Under the pieces are notes generated by a model that did no database searches, was not told the DNA's origin, and saw only the letters and a list, made by a program, of their open reading frames with translations. Positions 7,123 through 15,879 of a stretch of 32,000 nt of DNA are shown one piece after another (position 1 is the stretch's first letter; every line of letters starts with the position of its first letter). The position numbers were made by a program, and so were the translations under genes. Source of the DNA: Xylanibacter ruminicola 23. GTDB taxonomy: Bacteria; Bacteroidota; Bacteroidia; Bacteroidales; Bacteroidaceae. Location of the stretch: NCBI RefSeq assembly GCF_000025925.1, contig NC_014033.1:3510001-3542000 (forward strand). The letters run 5' to 3'.

Positions 7123-7773
7123 ATGGCAAAAAACTCAAAATGGCAGGATGAATACTGGCTTCTGCTCATGCAGTTGTACTTACAAAAACCCACTGGCATA
7201 AAGCCCATGTACAGCAAGGCAATGGTTGATTTGAGTCTGGAGTTGCATATCGCACCCCAGCAGCTCTTCAATAAAATGTGCCAGATAGCCAACCTCGAAA
7301 CACCGCGCATCGAACACATCTGGGAGGTGTACGGACAGAACCCGCGTAAGCTGAAGCGGGCCGTAAACCTGTTGCGCGAAATGTGGGGATTCAACAACGC
7401 CCTGGAGTTTTACGAAGGGGTGGAGACGATTGAGAGTTTCGAGAAGGAGTTTAAGCCTATAGCTGATGATACCACGCTAACACCAATGATGCTGGTGCTG
7501 ATACTGGATGAGTACTTTCGCTTAACACCTATTACGATGGTGCCCGAGACCCCCGAGGTGCAGGCATTGGCCAAGATGATGAGGCTGAAGCCCCAGGAGG
7601 TGGTAGATGTGATGGAGGCTTTTCAGCACTGCGACCCATATCTGAATCGCAAGGACGAGATGAAGGGAAACTTGGTATTGGCCTGTCAGCAGGTGTGGCG
7701 CCGCTTTGGCAACAGCGAACCGCAGGAGTTGGCTTCGTATGCCGAACAGTTGAAGGACTATTTTGAACATTGA
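7123..7773 (+). CDS. Hypothetical cytoplasmic protein (216 aa) immediately upstream of rpoN
   Basis: Long ORF with codon usage like its neighbours. No signal peptide or TM segment, and no motif I recognise. It ends 10 nt before the rpoN start. Confidence 0.6.
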   Translation: MAKNSKWQDEYWLLLMQLYLQKPTGIKPMYSKAMVDLSLELHIAPQQLFNKMCQIANLETPRIEHIWEVYGQNPRKLKRAVNLLREMWGFNNALEFYEGVETIESFEKEFKPIADDTTLTPMMLVLILDEYFRLTPITMVPETPEVQALAKMMRLKPQEVVDVMEAFQHCDPYLNRKDEMKGNLVLACQQVWRRFGNSEPQELASYAEQLKDYFEH

Positions 7774-7783
7774 ATATTGAAAA

Positions 7784-9298
7784 TTGAGCATTAAGAATAC
7801 ACAGATACAGGAACAGCAGCAACTGCAGAAACTGGGACAGACATTCTCTCAACAGCAGTTGTTACAATCGTCGCTGATAGAGTTGCCAGTGACGCAGTTG
7901 ATTGACCGTATCAACACCGAAATGAACGATAACCCCGCTCTGGAGAGCGAACAGCCCTACGACGATGATGCGATGGCCACCGAAGAGACCGACTTTGGCG
8001 GTGGTAGCGATAACGATGGCGCCGAGGATTTTGAGGCTGCCAGCGAGCGCGAAGAACGTCAGAGTGCACTCGACGAGGCCCTGAGCGGTATCGGTCGCGA
8101 CGATGAAGACCTGCCTGTGTACCAGAGTGGCAGCTCGTATGCCGAGGAGCGCGAGGAGATCGTGTACGGCGAAACCGAATCGTTCTACGACCAGCTGAAA
8201 GAGCAGGTGGGCGAACTCGACCTGACTGATAAGGAACGTGATATTCTGGAATATCTGATTGGCTCGCTCGACGACGACGGATTGCTGAGAAAAGACCTCT
8301 CGATTGTTAGCGACGAGCTGGCTATCTATCATAACATCGATGCCACCGATAAGGAGATTGAGCACGTGCTGCAGATGCTGCAGGCTTTCGATCCCGCCGG
8401 TATCGGTGCCCGCTCGCTGCAGGAGTGCCTGCTGCTGCAGATTGAACGTCGCGACCCATCACGGTTGCGCGATCTGATGGAGCGTGTTATCAACCATTAC
8501 TTTGAGGCATTTACCCGCAAACATTGGGACAAGATACAGGCCGACTTGCAGTTGAACGACGTGCAGGCCGAGGCCCTGTTCCGCGAACTGCGCAAGCTGA
8601 ATCCACGTCCAGGTGCATCGCTTGGCGAAACCGTGGGTCGTAGCATGCAGCAGATAACCCCCGACTTTATTGTGGATACCCAGGATGATGGCACCATCAC
8701 CTTTACGCTGAACAACGGCGAGGTGCCCGAACTCAAGGTGTCGCAATCGTTTGTTGATTCGATGCAGGAGTATCAGCAGAACAAGGACCACCTGAGTCGC
8801 CAGACCAAGGAGGCGCTGCTGTATATCAAGAAAAAGGTGGATGCCGCACAGGGCTTTATCGAGGCCATCAAAGTGCGCCGCCACACACTCACGGTTACCA
8901 TGCGGGCCATCATCCAGTTACAGCGTCAGTTCTTCCTGGATGGCGACGAGGCCTCGCTGCGACCTATGATTCTGAAAGATGTGGCCGAAAAGGCCGGACT
9001 TGATATATCTACCATCTCGCGTGTAAGCAATTCGAAATACGCCCAAACGCGTTGGGGCACCTTCCCCTTGCGCCATTTCTTTAGCGACGGCTACGTTACC
9101 GAGAGTGGCGAGGAGCTGAGCACTCGACAGATTAAAGCTGCCCTGCGCGACCTGGTGGATGCCGAAGACAAACGTAAGCCGCTGAGCGACGACCAGCTGA
9201 AAGATCAGCTTGCTGCCAAAGGCTTTCCTATCGCCCGCCGCACCGTGGCCAAGTATCGCGAACAGTTGGGTATTCCTATAGCAAGATTAAGAAAATGA
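7784..9298 (+). CDS. rpoN: RNA polymerase sigma-54 factor
   Basis: Gln-rich N-terminus, acidic region II, HTH, and the C-terminal RpoN box ARRTVAKYREQLGIP. The only in-frame start after the TGA at 7778-7780 is TTG 7784; the next ATG is far inside the gene. Confidence 0.93.
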   Translation: MSIKNTQIQEQQQLQKLGQTFSQQQLLQSSLIELPVTQLIDRINTEMNDNPALESEQPYDDDAMATEETDFGGGSDNDGAEDFEAASEREERQSALDEALSGIGRDDEDLPVYQSGSSYAEEREEIVYGETESFYDQLKEQVGELDLTDKERDILEYLIGSLDDDGLLRKDLSIVSDELAIYHNIDATDKEIEHVLQMLQAFDPAGIGARSLQECLLLQIERRDPSRLRDLMERVINHYFEAFTRKHWDKIQADLQLNDVQAEALFRELRKLNPRPGASLGETVGRSMQQITPDFIVDTQDDGTITFTLNNGEVPELKVSQSFVDSMQEYQQNKDHLSRQTKEALLYIKKKVDAAQGFIEAIKVRRHTLTVTMRAIIQLQRQFFLDGDEASLRPMILKDVAEKAGLDISTISRVSNSKYAQTRWGTFPLRHFFSDGYVTESGEELSTRQIKAALRDLVDAEDKRKPLSDDQLKDQLAAKGFPIARRTVAKYREQLGIPIARLRK

Positions 9299-9915
9299 GT
9301 AGGGAAAAGAATATCATATTAACGGCAAGGGTGATGAGCATGGTGTTTACACCGTTCTACCTGCCTATTGTGGGGTTGCTGTCGCTCTTCTTTCTGAGCT
9401 ACCTCAGCTTAATGCCCTTGGGCTACAAGCTCCAGGTGTTAACGCTGGTGTATTTCTTCACCATCCTATTGCCTACGGTGCTTATTCATCTGTATCGTAA
9501 GTACAACGGCTGGAACCTGATTGAGCTTGGACATAAGGAGCGTCGTATGGTGCCTTACGTTATCTCTATTCTCTGCTACTTCTTCTGCGTGTACATCATG
9601 GACATGCTGCACATACCGCACTTTATGGGCACCATCGTATCGGCTGCATTGGCCATCCAGATAGTGTGCGCCTTGGTAAACGTGTGGTGGAAGATTTCAA
9701 CCCATACCTCGGCTATCGGTGGTGTGGCAGGCGCGCTGTTTGTGTTTGGCGAGCTGTTTGCCTTTAATCCCATCTGGTGGCTCTGTCTGGTGTTCATCCT
9801 GGCAGGCATGTTAGGCACCAGTCGAATGATATTGCGCCAGCACTCGCTTGCGCAGGTGGTAGCCGGGTTCCTGGTAGGCCTTGTGTGCTCCGTACTCGGT
9901 CTGCTGTATTTATAA
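9295..9915 (+). CDS. Polytopic membrane protein, PAP2-like phosphatase family (tentative)
   Basis: ATGA overlap with the rpoN stop. About 6 hydrophobic helices. Degenerate PAP2 motifs KERRMVP, ISTHTS, SRMILRQHSLAQVVAG (SRx5Hx3 with Q in place of D). Confidence 0.55.
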   Translation: MSREKNIILTARVMSMVFTPFYLPIVGLLSLFFLSYLSLMPLGYKLQVLTLVYFFTILLPTVLIHLYRKYNGWNLIELGHKERRMVPYVISILCYFFCVYIMDMLHIPHFMGTIVSAALAIQIVCALVNVWWKISTHTSAIGGVAGALFVFGELFAFNPIWWLCLVFILAGMLGTSRMILRQHSLAQVVAGFLVGLVCSVLGLLYL

Positions 9916-9945
9916 TGTTTTCTGAAATTTAATGTTTAATATATT

Positions 9946-10452
9946 ATGAAGCCATTAGTAAGTATTATCATGGGCAGTACAAGCGATCTGCCCGTTATGG
10001 AAAAAGCGTTTAAGTTGCTCGACGAGATGCAGGTACCTTTCGAGGTTAATGCCCTGTCGGCTCACCGCACTCCCGATGCCGTCGAGGAGTTTGCACGTAC
10101 CGCTAAGGATCGTGGCATTAAGGTGATTATTGCTGGTGCCGGTATGGCTGCTGCCCTGCCTGGTGTGATTGCCGCATCAACCACTCTGCCCGTTATCGGT
10201 GTGCCCATCAAGGGTATGCTCGACGGCTTGGATGCCATGCTTTCTATCATCCAGATGCCCCCAGGCATCCCTGTTGCTACAGTAGGTGTAAACGGTGCTC
10301 AGAACGCAGCTATCCTGGCTTGCGAGATGATGGCCTTGGCCGATCAGGAGTTGGCACAGCGCCTGGCTGTTTATAAAGGTAATCTGCGTATCAAGATCGA
10401 GAAAGCCAACGAGGAGCTGGCCGCGATTAAATACCAGTTCAAAACCAATTAA
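9946..10452 (+). CDS. purE: N5-carboxyaminoimidazole ribonucleotide mutase
   Basis: IIMGSTSDLPVM, SAHRTP, AGAGMAAALPGVIAASTTLPVIGVP. 168 aa. Confidence 0.95.
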   Translation: MKPLVSIIMGSTSDLPVMEKAFKLLDEMQVPFEVNALSAHRTPDAVEEFARTAKDRGIKVIIAGAGMAAALPGVIAASTTLPVIGVPIKGMLDGLDAMLSIIQMPPGIPVATVGVNGAQNAAILACEMMALADQELAQRLAVYKGNLRIKIEKANEELAAIKYQFKTN

Positions 10453-10479
10453 TGTTTAATTTTTAATGTCTAATCTTTA

Positions 10480-11865
10480 ATGTATAGCAGAAGACAATCT
10501 TCCGAAGCCCGTGTCGGCGGTATCGGCATTGGCGGTCAGAACCCCATCCGCATTCAGTCGATGGGAACGGTAGATACCAATAATACCGAGGGCTGTGTGG
10601 CCCAGGCCAAGCGTATTATCGACGCTGGTGGCGAGCTGGTTCGCTTTACCACCCAGGGTACCCGCGAGGCTGAGAACATGAAGAACATTTCGGCCCAGCT
10701 TAAGGCCGATGGTTACAATACACCACTGGTGGCCGATGTGCACTTTACTGCTCATACCGCCGATGTGGCTGCCCAGTACTGTGAGAAGGTGCGTATCAAT
10801 CCAGGCAACTACGTTGATCCAGGTCGTACGTTCAAGCATCTGGAATATACCGATGAGGAGTATGCTGCCGAGTTGCAGAAGATCGAGAAGCAGCTGGTGC
10901 CTTTCCTGAATATCTGTAAGGAGCATCACACGGCAGTACGTATCGGCGTGAACCACGGTTCACTGTCGGATCGTATCATGAGTCGTTACGGCGACACTCC
11001 CGAGGGTATCGTTGAGAGTTGCATGGAGTTCCTGCGTATCTTTAAGCGTGAGAACTTTAACGATGTGGTTATCAGTATCAAGGCCTCTAACACCGTAGTG
11101 ATGGTAACCACTATGCGTCTGCTGGTTAAAACCATGGATAAGGAAGATATGCACTACCCCCTGCACCTAGGTGTTACCGAGGCTGGTGAGGGCGAAGACG
11201 GTCGTATCAAGAGTGCCGTTGGTATTGGTGCCCTGCTTACTGAGGGTATCGGTGATACCATCCGTGTATCATTGAGCGAGGAGCCTGAGTGCGAAATCCC
11301 CGTGGCTCGCAAGCTGGTAGATATGATTCCTGAGTGTACCGCCCTGCGCGAGAAGGCTGAGGCAAGCATCAAGGACGATACCATCACGCTGGATGTGGAT
11401 GCCCCCGATTGGGAAACCCTGCAGCTCAAGGCCGCTATGGCTGTTGGTGCTCTGCTGATAGATAAGAAGGCCCACAACCTGGTAATCAACAGTTCAACGT
11501 TCAAAGATCAAAGTTCAAAGTTGGTAGAGCTTTCTGACGCCATTCTGCAGGCTGCCCGTATCAAGTTTACCAAGACCGAGTATATTTCGTGCCCAGGTTG
11601 CGGTCGTACGCTCTACAATCTGCAGGAAACTATTGCCAAGATTAAAGCTGCCACCAAGGACATGGTAGGCTTGAAGATTGGTATCATGGGCTGTATCGTA
11701 AACGGTCCTGGTGAGATGGCCGATGCCGACTACGGTTACGTAGGTGCCGGACGTGGTAAAATCTCGCTCTACAAGGCTAAGGAGTGTATCGAGAAGAATA
11801 TTCCCGAAGAAGAGGCTGTAGAACGTCTTATCGAATTCATCCGCAAAGACCGCGGCCAGAAATAA
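10480..11865 (+). CDS. ispG: 4-hydroxy-3-methylbut-2-enyl diphosphate synthase
   Basis: TIM-barrel part (IRIQSM...VRFT...RINPGN...RIGVNHGSL). Fe-S domain with ISCPGCGRT and GCIVNGPGE. An ~85-aa insert separates the two domains. Confidence 0.93.
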   Translation: MYSRRQSSEARVGGIGIGGQNPIRIQSMGTVDTNNTEGCVAQAKRIIDAGGELVRFTTQGTREAENMKNISAQLKADGYNTPLVADVHFTAHTADVAAQYCEKVRINPGNYVDPGRTFKHLEYTDEEYAAELQKIEKQLVPFLNICKEHHTAVRIGVNHGSLSDRIMSRYGDTPEGIVESCMEFLRIFKRENFNDVVISIKASNTVVMVTTMRLLVKTMDKEDMHYPLHLGVTEAGEGEDGRIKSAVGIGALLTEGIGDTIRVSLSEEPECEIPVARKLVDMIPECTALREKAEASIKDDTITLDVDAPDWETLQLKAAMAVGALLIDKKAHNLVINSSTFKDQSSKLVELSDAILQAARIKFTKTEYISCPGCGRTLYNLQETIAKIKAATKDMVGLKIGIMGCIVNGPGEMADADYGYVGAGRGKISLYKAKECIEKNIPEEEAVERLIEFIRKDRGQK

Positions 11866-11880
11866 AGACACGATTTTATA

Positions 11881-11978
11881 GGCACGGATAAACACGGCTC
11901 TTTTTTATAAAGAAACACGGCTTTAGTTGCAATACCAAAGCCGTGTTTTTAATTTATTAAAGCCGTGTAATCCGTGCC
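11881..11978. terminator. Bidirectional terminator / nested palindrome between convergent ispG and cobB
   Basis: The central hairpin is AAACACGGCTTT (11913-11924) / AAAGCCGTGTTT (11937-11948) followed by T's. Its outer arms are GGCACGGAT..ACACGGCT (11881-11899) and AGCCGTGT.ATCCGTGCC (11961-11978). The 8-mer ACACGGCT or its complement occurs 4 times. Confidence 0.6.
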
Positions 11979-11984
11979 AAAACC

Positions 11985-12677
11985 TTATTCGCTAAGAATC
12001 TTTACGAGTTCTTTCATACCCTCGCTGGCGCCTTTCTGTATCTGTGTTACGCGACCACCGGCGTTGATGGGATTGGGATCGATAAGGTAAACGGGCACAT
12101 CGGGACGGGCATAGTGCAGCAAACCTGCGGCAGGATAAACCACCAGCGAGGTGCCGATGATAATCAGAATGTCGGCCTCCTGTACCTCTTCGGCTGCTAT
12201 CGTGATGTTAGGCACCGCTTCGCCAAAGAATACGATAAACGGACGCAGTAACGAGCCGTCGCCAGCCTTGGTGCCTGGTTCTATCTCGCAGTTGTCGGGT
12301 GTAAGCTGAATTTGGTAGCGTGGGTCGTCCACATCGCGACTCGAACAAACCTTCATCAGTTCGCCATGCAGGTGAATCACCTTACTTGAGCCTGCCATCT
12401 CGTGCAGGTTGTCAACATTCTGCGTTACAACCGTTACGTCATAGTTTTTCTCAAGTTCGGCCACCAACTTATGTCCCTCGTTTGGCTGCACGTTCCAACA
12501 CTTCTTACGCAGCATATTGTAGAAGTTTGTTACGAGCGTAGGATCGGCCAGCCAACCCTCGTGGGTGGCTACCTTCTGTACGGGATAATTCTCCCACAAA
12601 CCATCGGCATCGCGGAAAGTCTTCAGTCCACTTTCTACCGACATACCTGCACCAGTTAAGACAACAATCTTTTTCAT
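11985..12677 (-). CDS. cobB: NAD-dependent protein deacylase, Sir2 family
   Basis: GAGMSVESGLKTFRDADGLWE, TQNVDNLH, IIIGTSLVVYPAA. 230 aa. Confidence 0.9.
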   Translation of the reverse strand: MKKIVVLTGAGMSVESGLKTFRDADGLWENYPVQKVATHEGWLADPTLVTNFYNMLRKKCWNVQPNEGHKLVAELEKNYDVTVVTQNVDNLHEMAGSSKVIHLHGELMKVCSSRDVDDPRYQIQLTPDNCEIEPGTKAGDGSLLRPFIVFFGEAVPNITIAAEEVQEADILIIIGTSLVVYPAAGLLHYARPDVPVYLIDPNPINAGGRVTQIQKGASEGMKELVKILSE

Positions 12678-12703
12678 AAGAATGATTTTTAAGTTTGATG
12701 TTG

Positions 12704-12711
12704 CAAAAATA
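12704..12711 (-). promoter_or_regulatory. -7 promoter box (minus strand) for cobB
   Basis: The reverse complement reads TATTTTTG, 27 nt upstream of ATG 12677. Confidence 0.45.
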
Positions 12712-12775
12712 CAACTTTTCTGATATAAAAAAGAAATTTTAGCAATTATAATGCATCGGAATAAGAAAAAAAGTG

Positions 12776-12783
12776 TAACTTTG
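12776..12783 (+). promoter_or_regulatory. -7 promoter box for the FKBP gene trio
   Basis: TAACTTTG, 42 nt upstream of ATG 12825. Confidence 0.5.
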
Positions 12784-12824
12784 CAGCCGTTTTTTAGACG
12801 TTACACATTATTAATAAATAGAGA

Positions 12825-13430
12825 ATGGATAAATTAAGTTATGCTTTAGGTCTGGGCATCGGTCAGCAGTTGGCTCAGATGGGTGCTGACAACATCAGTG
12901 CCGAGGACTTTGCACAGGCTATCAACGACGTGTTGAAAGGCAACGAGCTGAAGGTTTCACACCGTGAGGCTCAGACAATCGTACAGGACTATTTCCAGAA
13001 GCAGGAGCAGAAGCTCCAGGCTGAGCGTGCCGAGAAGGGAAAGGCACATAAGGAGGCAGGCGAGAAGTTCCTCGCCGAGAATGGCAAGAAGGCTGAGGTG
13101 GTAACACTTCCCAGCGGACTGCAGTATCAGGTACTGAAAGAGGGTAACGGTAAGAAGCCATCAGCTAAGGATACCGTTATGTGCCACTATGAGGGTACAC
13201 TCATCGACGGTACTGTATTCGATAGCTCATACCAGCGTGGTGAGCCCGCTACATTCCCACTCCAGCAGGTTATCGCTGGTTGGACCGAGGGTCTACAGCT
13301 CATGCAGGAGGGTGCCAAGTATCGTTTCTTCATCCCTTACCGTCTGGCTTATGGCGAGGGTGGTGCAGGTGCTTCTATTCCTCCATTCGCAGCACTCATT
13401 TTCGATGTTGAGTTAATACAAGTAGTTTAA
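12825..13430 (+). CDS. FKBP-type peptidyl-prolyl cis-trans isomerase, no signal peptide (FklB-like)
   Basis: N-terminal helical domain plus FKBP domain: HYEGTLIDGTVFDSSYQRGEPATFPLQQVIAGWTEGLQLM...IPYRLAYG. Confidence 0.9.
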   Translation: MDKLSYALGLGIGQQLAQMGADNISAEDFAQAINDVLKGNELKVSHREAQTIVQDYFQKQEQKLQAERAEKGKAHKEAGEKFLAENGKKAEVVTLPSGLQYQVLKEGNGKKPSAKDTVMCHYEGTLIDGTVFDSSYQRGEPATFPLQQVIAGWTEGLQLMQEGAKYRFFIPYRLAYGEGGAGASIPPFAALIFDVELIQVV

Positions 13431-13447
13431 AATAATAACAGAAAGCA

Positions 13448-14326
13448 ATGAAAAAATTATCAATCGTAGCCGTTATGGCTATTGCTGCTGCCGGTTTCAC
13501 CGCATGTGGCAACTCTACCCCTAAAGCAAGTCTGAAGACAGACGTAGACACTATGAGCTACGCCATTGGTATGGCTCAGACTCAGGGGTTGAAGGAGTAT
13601 CTCGTAGGAAGTCTGGATGTTGACACCGCTTACATGGCCGAGTTCATCAAGGGTCTGCAGGAGGGTGCTAACGCTGGCGACAACAAGAAGAAGGCCGCTT
13701 ACTATGCTGGTATCCAGATCGGTCAGCAGATTGCTAACCGTATGATCAAGGGTATCAACCACGAGGTATTCGGTGATGACTCTACAAAGACGATCTCTCT
13801 GAAGAACTTCATGGCTGGTTTCATCAGCGGTACTACAGGCAAGAAGGGTCTGATGACTGTTGATTCAGCTCAGATGGTTGCTCAGCGCATGATTCAGGAA
13901 ATCAAGGCTAAGGAGATGTCAAAGACCTATGGTCCTAACAAGGAGGCTGGTGAGAAGTTCCTCGCTGCCAACGCTAAGAAGGCTGGTGTAAAAACTCTGC
14001 CTAGCGGTGTTCAGTACAAGGTTATCAAGGAGGGTACAGGTGCTATCCCCGCTGATACTTCACTCGTTAAGGTACACTACGAGGGTCGTTTGATTAACGA
14101 TACTATCTTCGATAGCTCATACAAGCGTGGCGAGCCCACAACATTCCGTGCCAACCAGGTTATCAAGGGTTGGACAGAGGCTCTCACTCACATGCCTGCT
14201 GGTTCAGTTTGGGAGGTTTACATTCCTCAGGAGCTGGCTTACGGCGAGCGTGCTCAGCGTAACATCGATCCTTTCTCAGCACTGATCTTCAAGATCGAGT
14301 TGCTCGAGGTAAATCCTAAGAAGTAA
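13448..14326 (+). CDS. FKBP-type peptidyl-prolyl isomerase, lipoprotein
   Basis: Lipobox AAAGFTAC|GN. FKBP domain HYEGRLINDTIFDSSYKRGEPTTFRANQVIKGWTEAL...IPQELAYG. Confidence 0.9.
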   Translation: MKKLSIVAVMAIAAAGFTACGNSTPKASLKTDVDTMSYAIGMAQTQGLKEYLVGSLDVDTAYMAEFIKGLQEGANAGDNKKKAAYYAGIQIGQQIANRMIKGINHEVFGDDSTKTISLKNFMAGFISGTTGKKGLMTVDSAQMVAQRMIQEIKAKEMSKTYGPNKEAGEKFLAANAKKAGVKTLPSGVQYKVIKEGTGAIPADTSLVKVHYEGRLINDTIFDSSYKRGEPTTFRANQVIKGWTEALTHMPAGSVWEVYIPQELAYGERAQRNIDPFSALIFKIELLEVNPKK

Positions 14327-14328
14327 CA

Positions 14329-15288
14329 ATGAAGAAGTCATTGATATTTGCACTCGCCCTCGTGGCGGGTGCTTCTTTATCTACAGTAGATGCTGCCAAG
14401 AAAAAGAAGGTGGTAGTAAAGGAGGAGGCTCCTGTTGTTGAGGCTTTCAAACTCGCTACCAGTTCTGATTCTATCAGCTATACTGCAGGTATGAGTAGCA
14501 CAATGGGTTTGGTTAACTTCCTGCTTCAGCAGAAGGTAGATACTGCTTACATGGCTGATTTTGTACGTGGATTTAACGAGACTGTTTCAAGAAATCTCGA
14601 CAATCCCCAGGAGAAGGCTTATATGATGGGTATCACCATCGCTCAGCAGCTGGTTGACCGCATGATGCCTGGTGTGGCTAAAGAACTTGAGGGAACTCCC
14701 GACTCGTTGGTTTCGGGTGCTTTCTTCAAAGGTTTTACCGATGCCCTGCTGCAGGATACTACTTTCTTTAAGGTGGATGCTGCCGAGAACATCTTCAGAA
14801 CCAAGATGGAGGCCAACAAGGCTGAGAAGGAAGAGCGACTCTATGGCGCAAACCGCGAGGCTGGCCGTCAGTTCCTGGCCGAGAATGCTAAGAAGGATGG
14901 TGTGATTACACTGCCCAGCGGACTCCAGTACAAGGTGCTTACCCAGGGAACAGGTGCTGTGCCTACCACCAGCGATAAGGTACAGGTACATTACGAGGGT
15001 CGTCTGATCGACGGCACCGTATTCGATGCCTCAAGAAATCATGGCGACGAGCCTGCTGAGTTCCGTCCAACTGATGTGATCAAGGGCTGGACCGAGGCAC
15101 TTACCATGATGCCTGTAGGTTCAAAGTGGCAGGTTTATATCCCCTTTGAACTGGCTTACGGTAGTCGCGATGCCGGACAAATAAAACCTTACAGCGCGTT
15201 GATTTTCGATATTGAGCTTGTTGGAATCGTAGGTGACAAACCTGCACCAGCAAAGACCGCAAAATCGTCGAAAAAAGCTAAGAAATAA
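14329..15288 (+). CDS. FKBP-type peptidyl-prolyl isomerase, secreted (Mip/FkpA-like) with Lys-rich tail
   Basis: Signal peptide MKKSLIFALALVAGASLSTVDA|A. FKBP domain HYEGRLIDGTVFDASRNHGDEPAEFRPTDVIKGWTEAL. C-terminal tail KPAPAKTAKSSKKAKK. Confidence 0.9.
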   Translation: MKKSLIFALALVAGASLSTVDAAKKKKVVVKEEAPVVEAFKLATSSDSISYTAGMSSTMGLVNFLLQQKVDTAYMADFVRGFNETVSRNLDNPQEKAYMMGITIAQQLVDRMMPGVAKELEGTPDSLVSGAFFKGFTDALLQDTTFFKVDAAENIFRTKMEANKAEKEERLYGANREAGRQFLAENAKKDGVITLPSGLQYKVLTQGTGAVPTTSDKVQVHYEGRLIDGTVFDASRNHGDEPAEFRPTDVIKGWTEALTMMPVGSKWQVYIPFELAYGSRDAGQIKPYSALIFDIELVGIVGDKPAPAKTAKSSKKAKK

Positions 15289-15291
15289 GCA

Positions 15292-15321
15292 AGTGTGTCA
15301 CAAAAGTGGCACACTTTTTTA
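15292..15321 (+). terminator. Intrinsic terminator after the FKBP trio
   Basis: Stem AGTGTGTCAC (15292-15301) / GTGGCACACT (15306-15315) with one G-U pair, loop AAAA, then TTTTTT. Confidence 0.7.
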
Positions 15322-15362
15322 ATTTTTTCTTCAAAAAAGTTGCATTGTTCAATTAATTTGCG

Positions 15363-15370
15363 TAATTTTG
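15363..15370 (+). promoter_or_regulatory. -7 promoter box for the lrp-peptidase-cyclase operon
   Basis: TAATTTTG, 30 nt upstream of ATG 15400. Confidence 0.5.
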
Positions 15371-15399
15371 CTGACAAAATGTAACTAAAGGGAGAAAAA

Positions 15400-15879
15400 A
15401 TGGAAAAAATTGATTTTTTGGACAAAAAGATTCTGAGTATCCTTTCCAAGAATGCACGTATTCCTTTCAAGGATGTTGCTGCAGAATGTAATGTATCGCG
15501 AGCTGCTATCCACCAGCGTGTTCAGCACCTGATTGATGCCGAAGTGATTACAGGTAGTGGCTTCGATGTTAATCCTAAGAGTTTAGGTTATTCTACTTGT
15601 ACCTACGTGGGTATCACCCTTGAAAAGGGATCGATGTATAAAGAGGTGGTAGAGCGTTTGCAGCATATCCCCGAGATAGTAGAATGTCACTTCACTACTG
15701 GTCCTTATACGATGATGGTTAAGCTCTATGCTAAGGATAACGAGCAGCTGATGGAATTGCTGAATGGCAAGCTGCAGGGTATTCCTGGCGTAGTTGCTAC
15801 CGAAACATTGATCTCGTTGGAACAGAGTTTGAAACGTGAGATTCCCATCGTGCTCGACGATGAAGACAAAAAGCTATGA
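15400..15879 (+). CDS. Lrp/AsnC-family transcriptional regulator
   Basis: N-terminal HTH (LDKKILSILSKNARIPFKDVAAECNVSRAAIHQRVQHL) plus a C-terminal ligand-binding RAM-like domain. 159 aa. Confidence 0.9.
   Translation: MEKIDFLDKKILSILSKNARIPFKDVAAECNVSRAAIHQRVQHLIDAEVITGSGFDVNPKSLGYSTCTYVGITLEKGSMYKEVVERLQHIPEIVECHFTTGPYTMMVKLYAKDNEQLMELLNGKLQGIPGVVATETLISLEQSLKREIPIVLDDEDKKL

Noticed and set aside
15306-15325. Sigma-54 promoter search (TGGCAC-N5-TTGC), prompted by the presence of rpoN. TGGCAC occurs at 15307 and at several coding positions.
   Set aside because: None has a TTGC element at the correct spacing. The 15307 copy is the right arm of the FKBP terminator stem.
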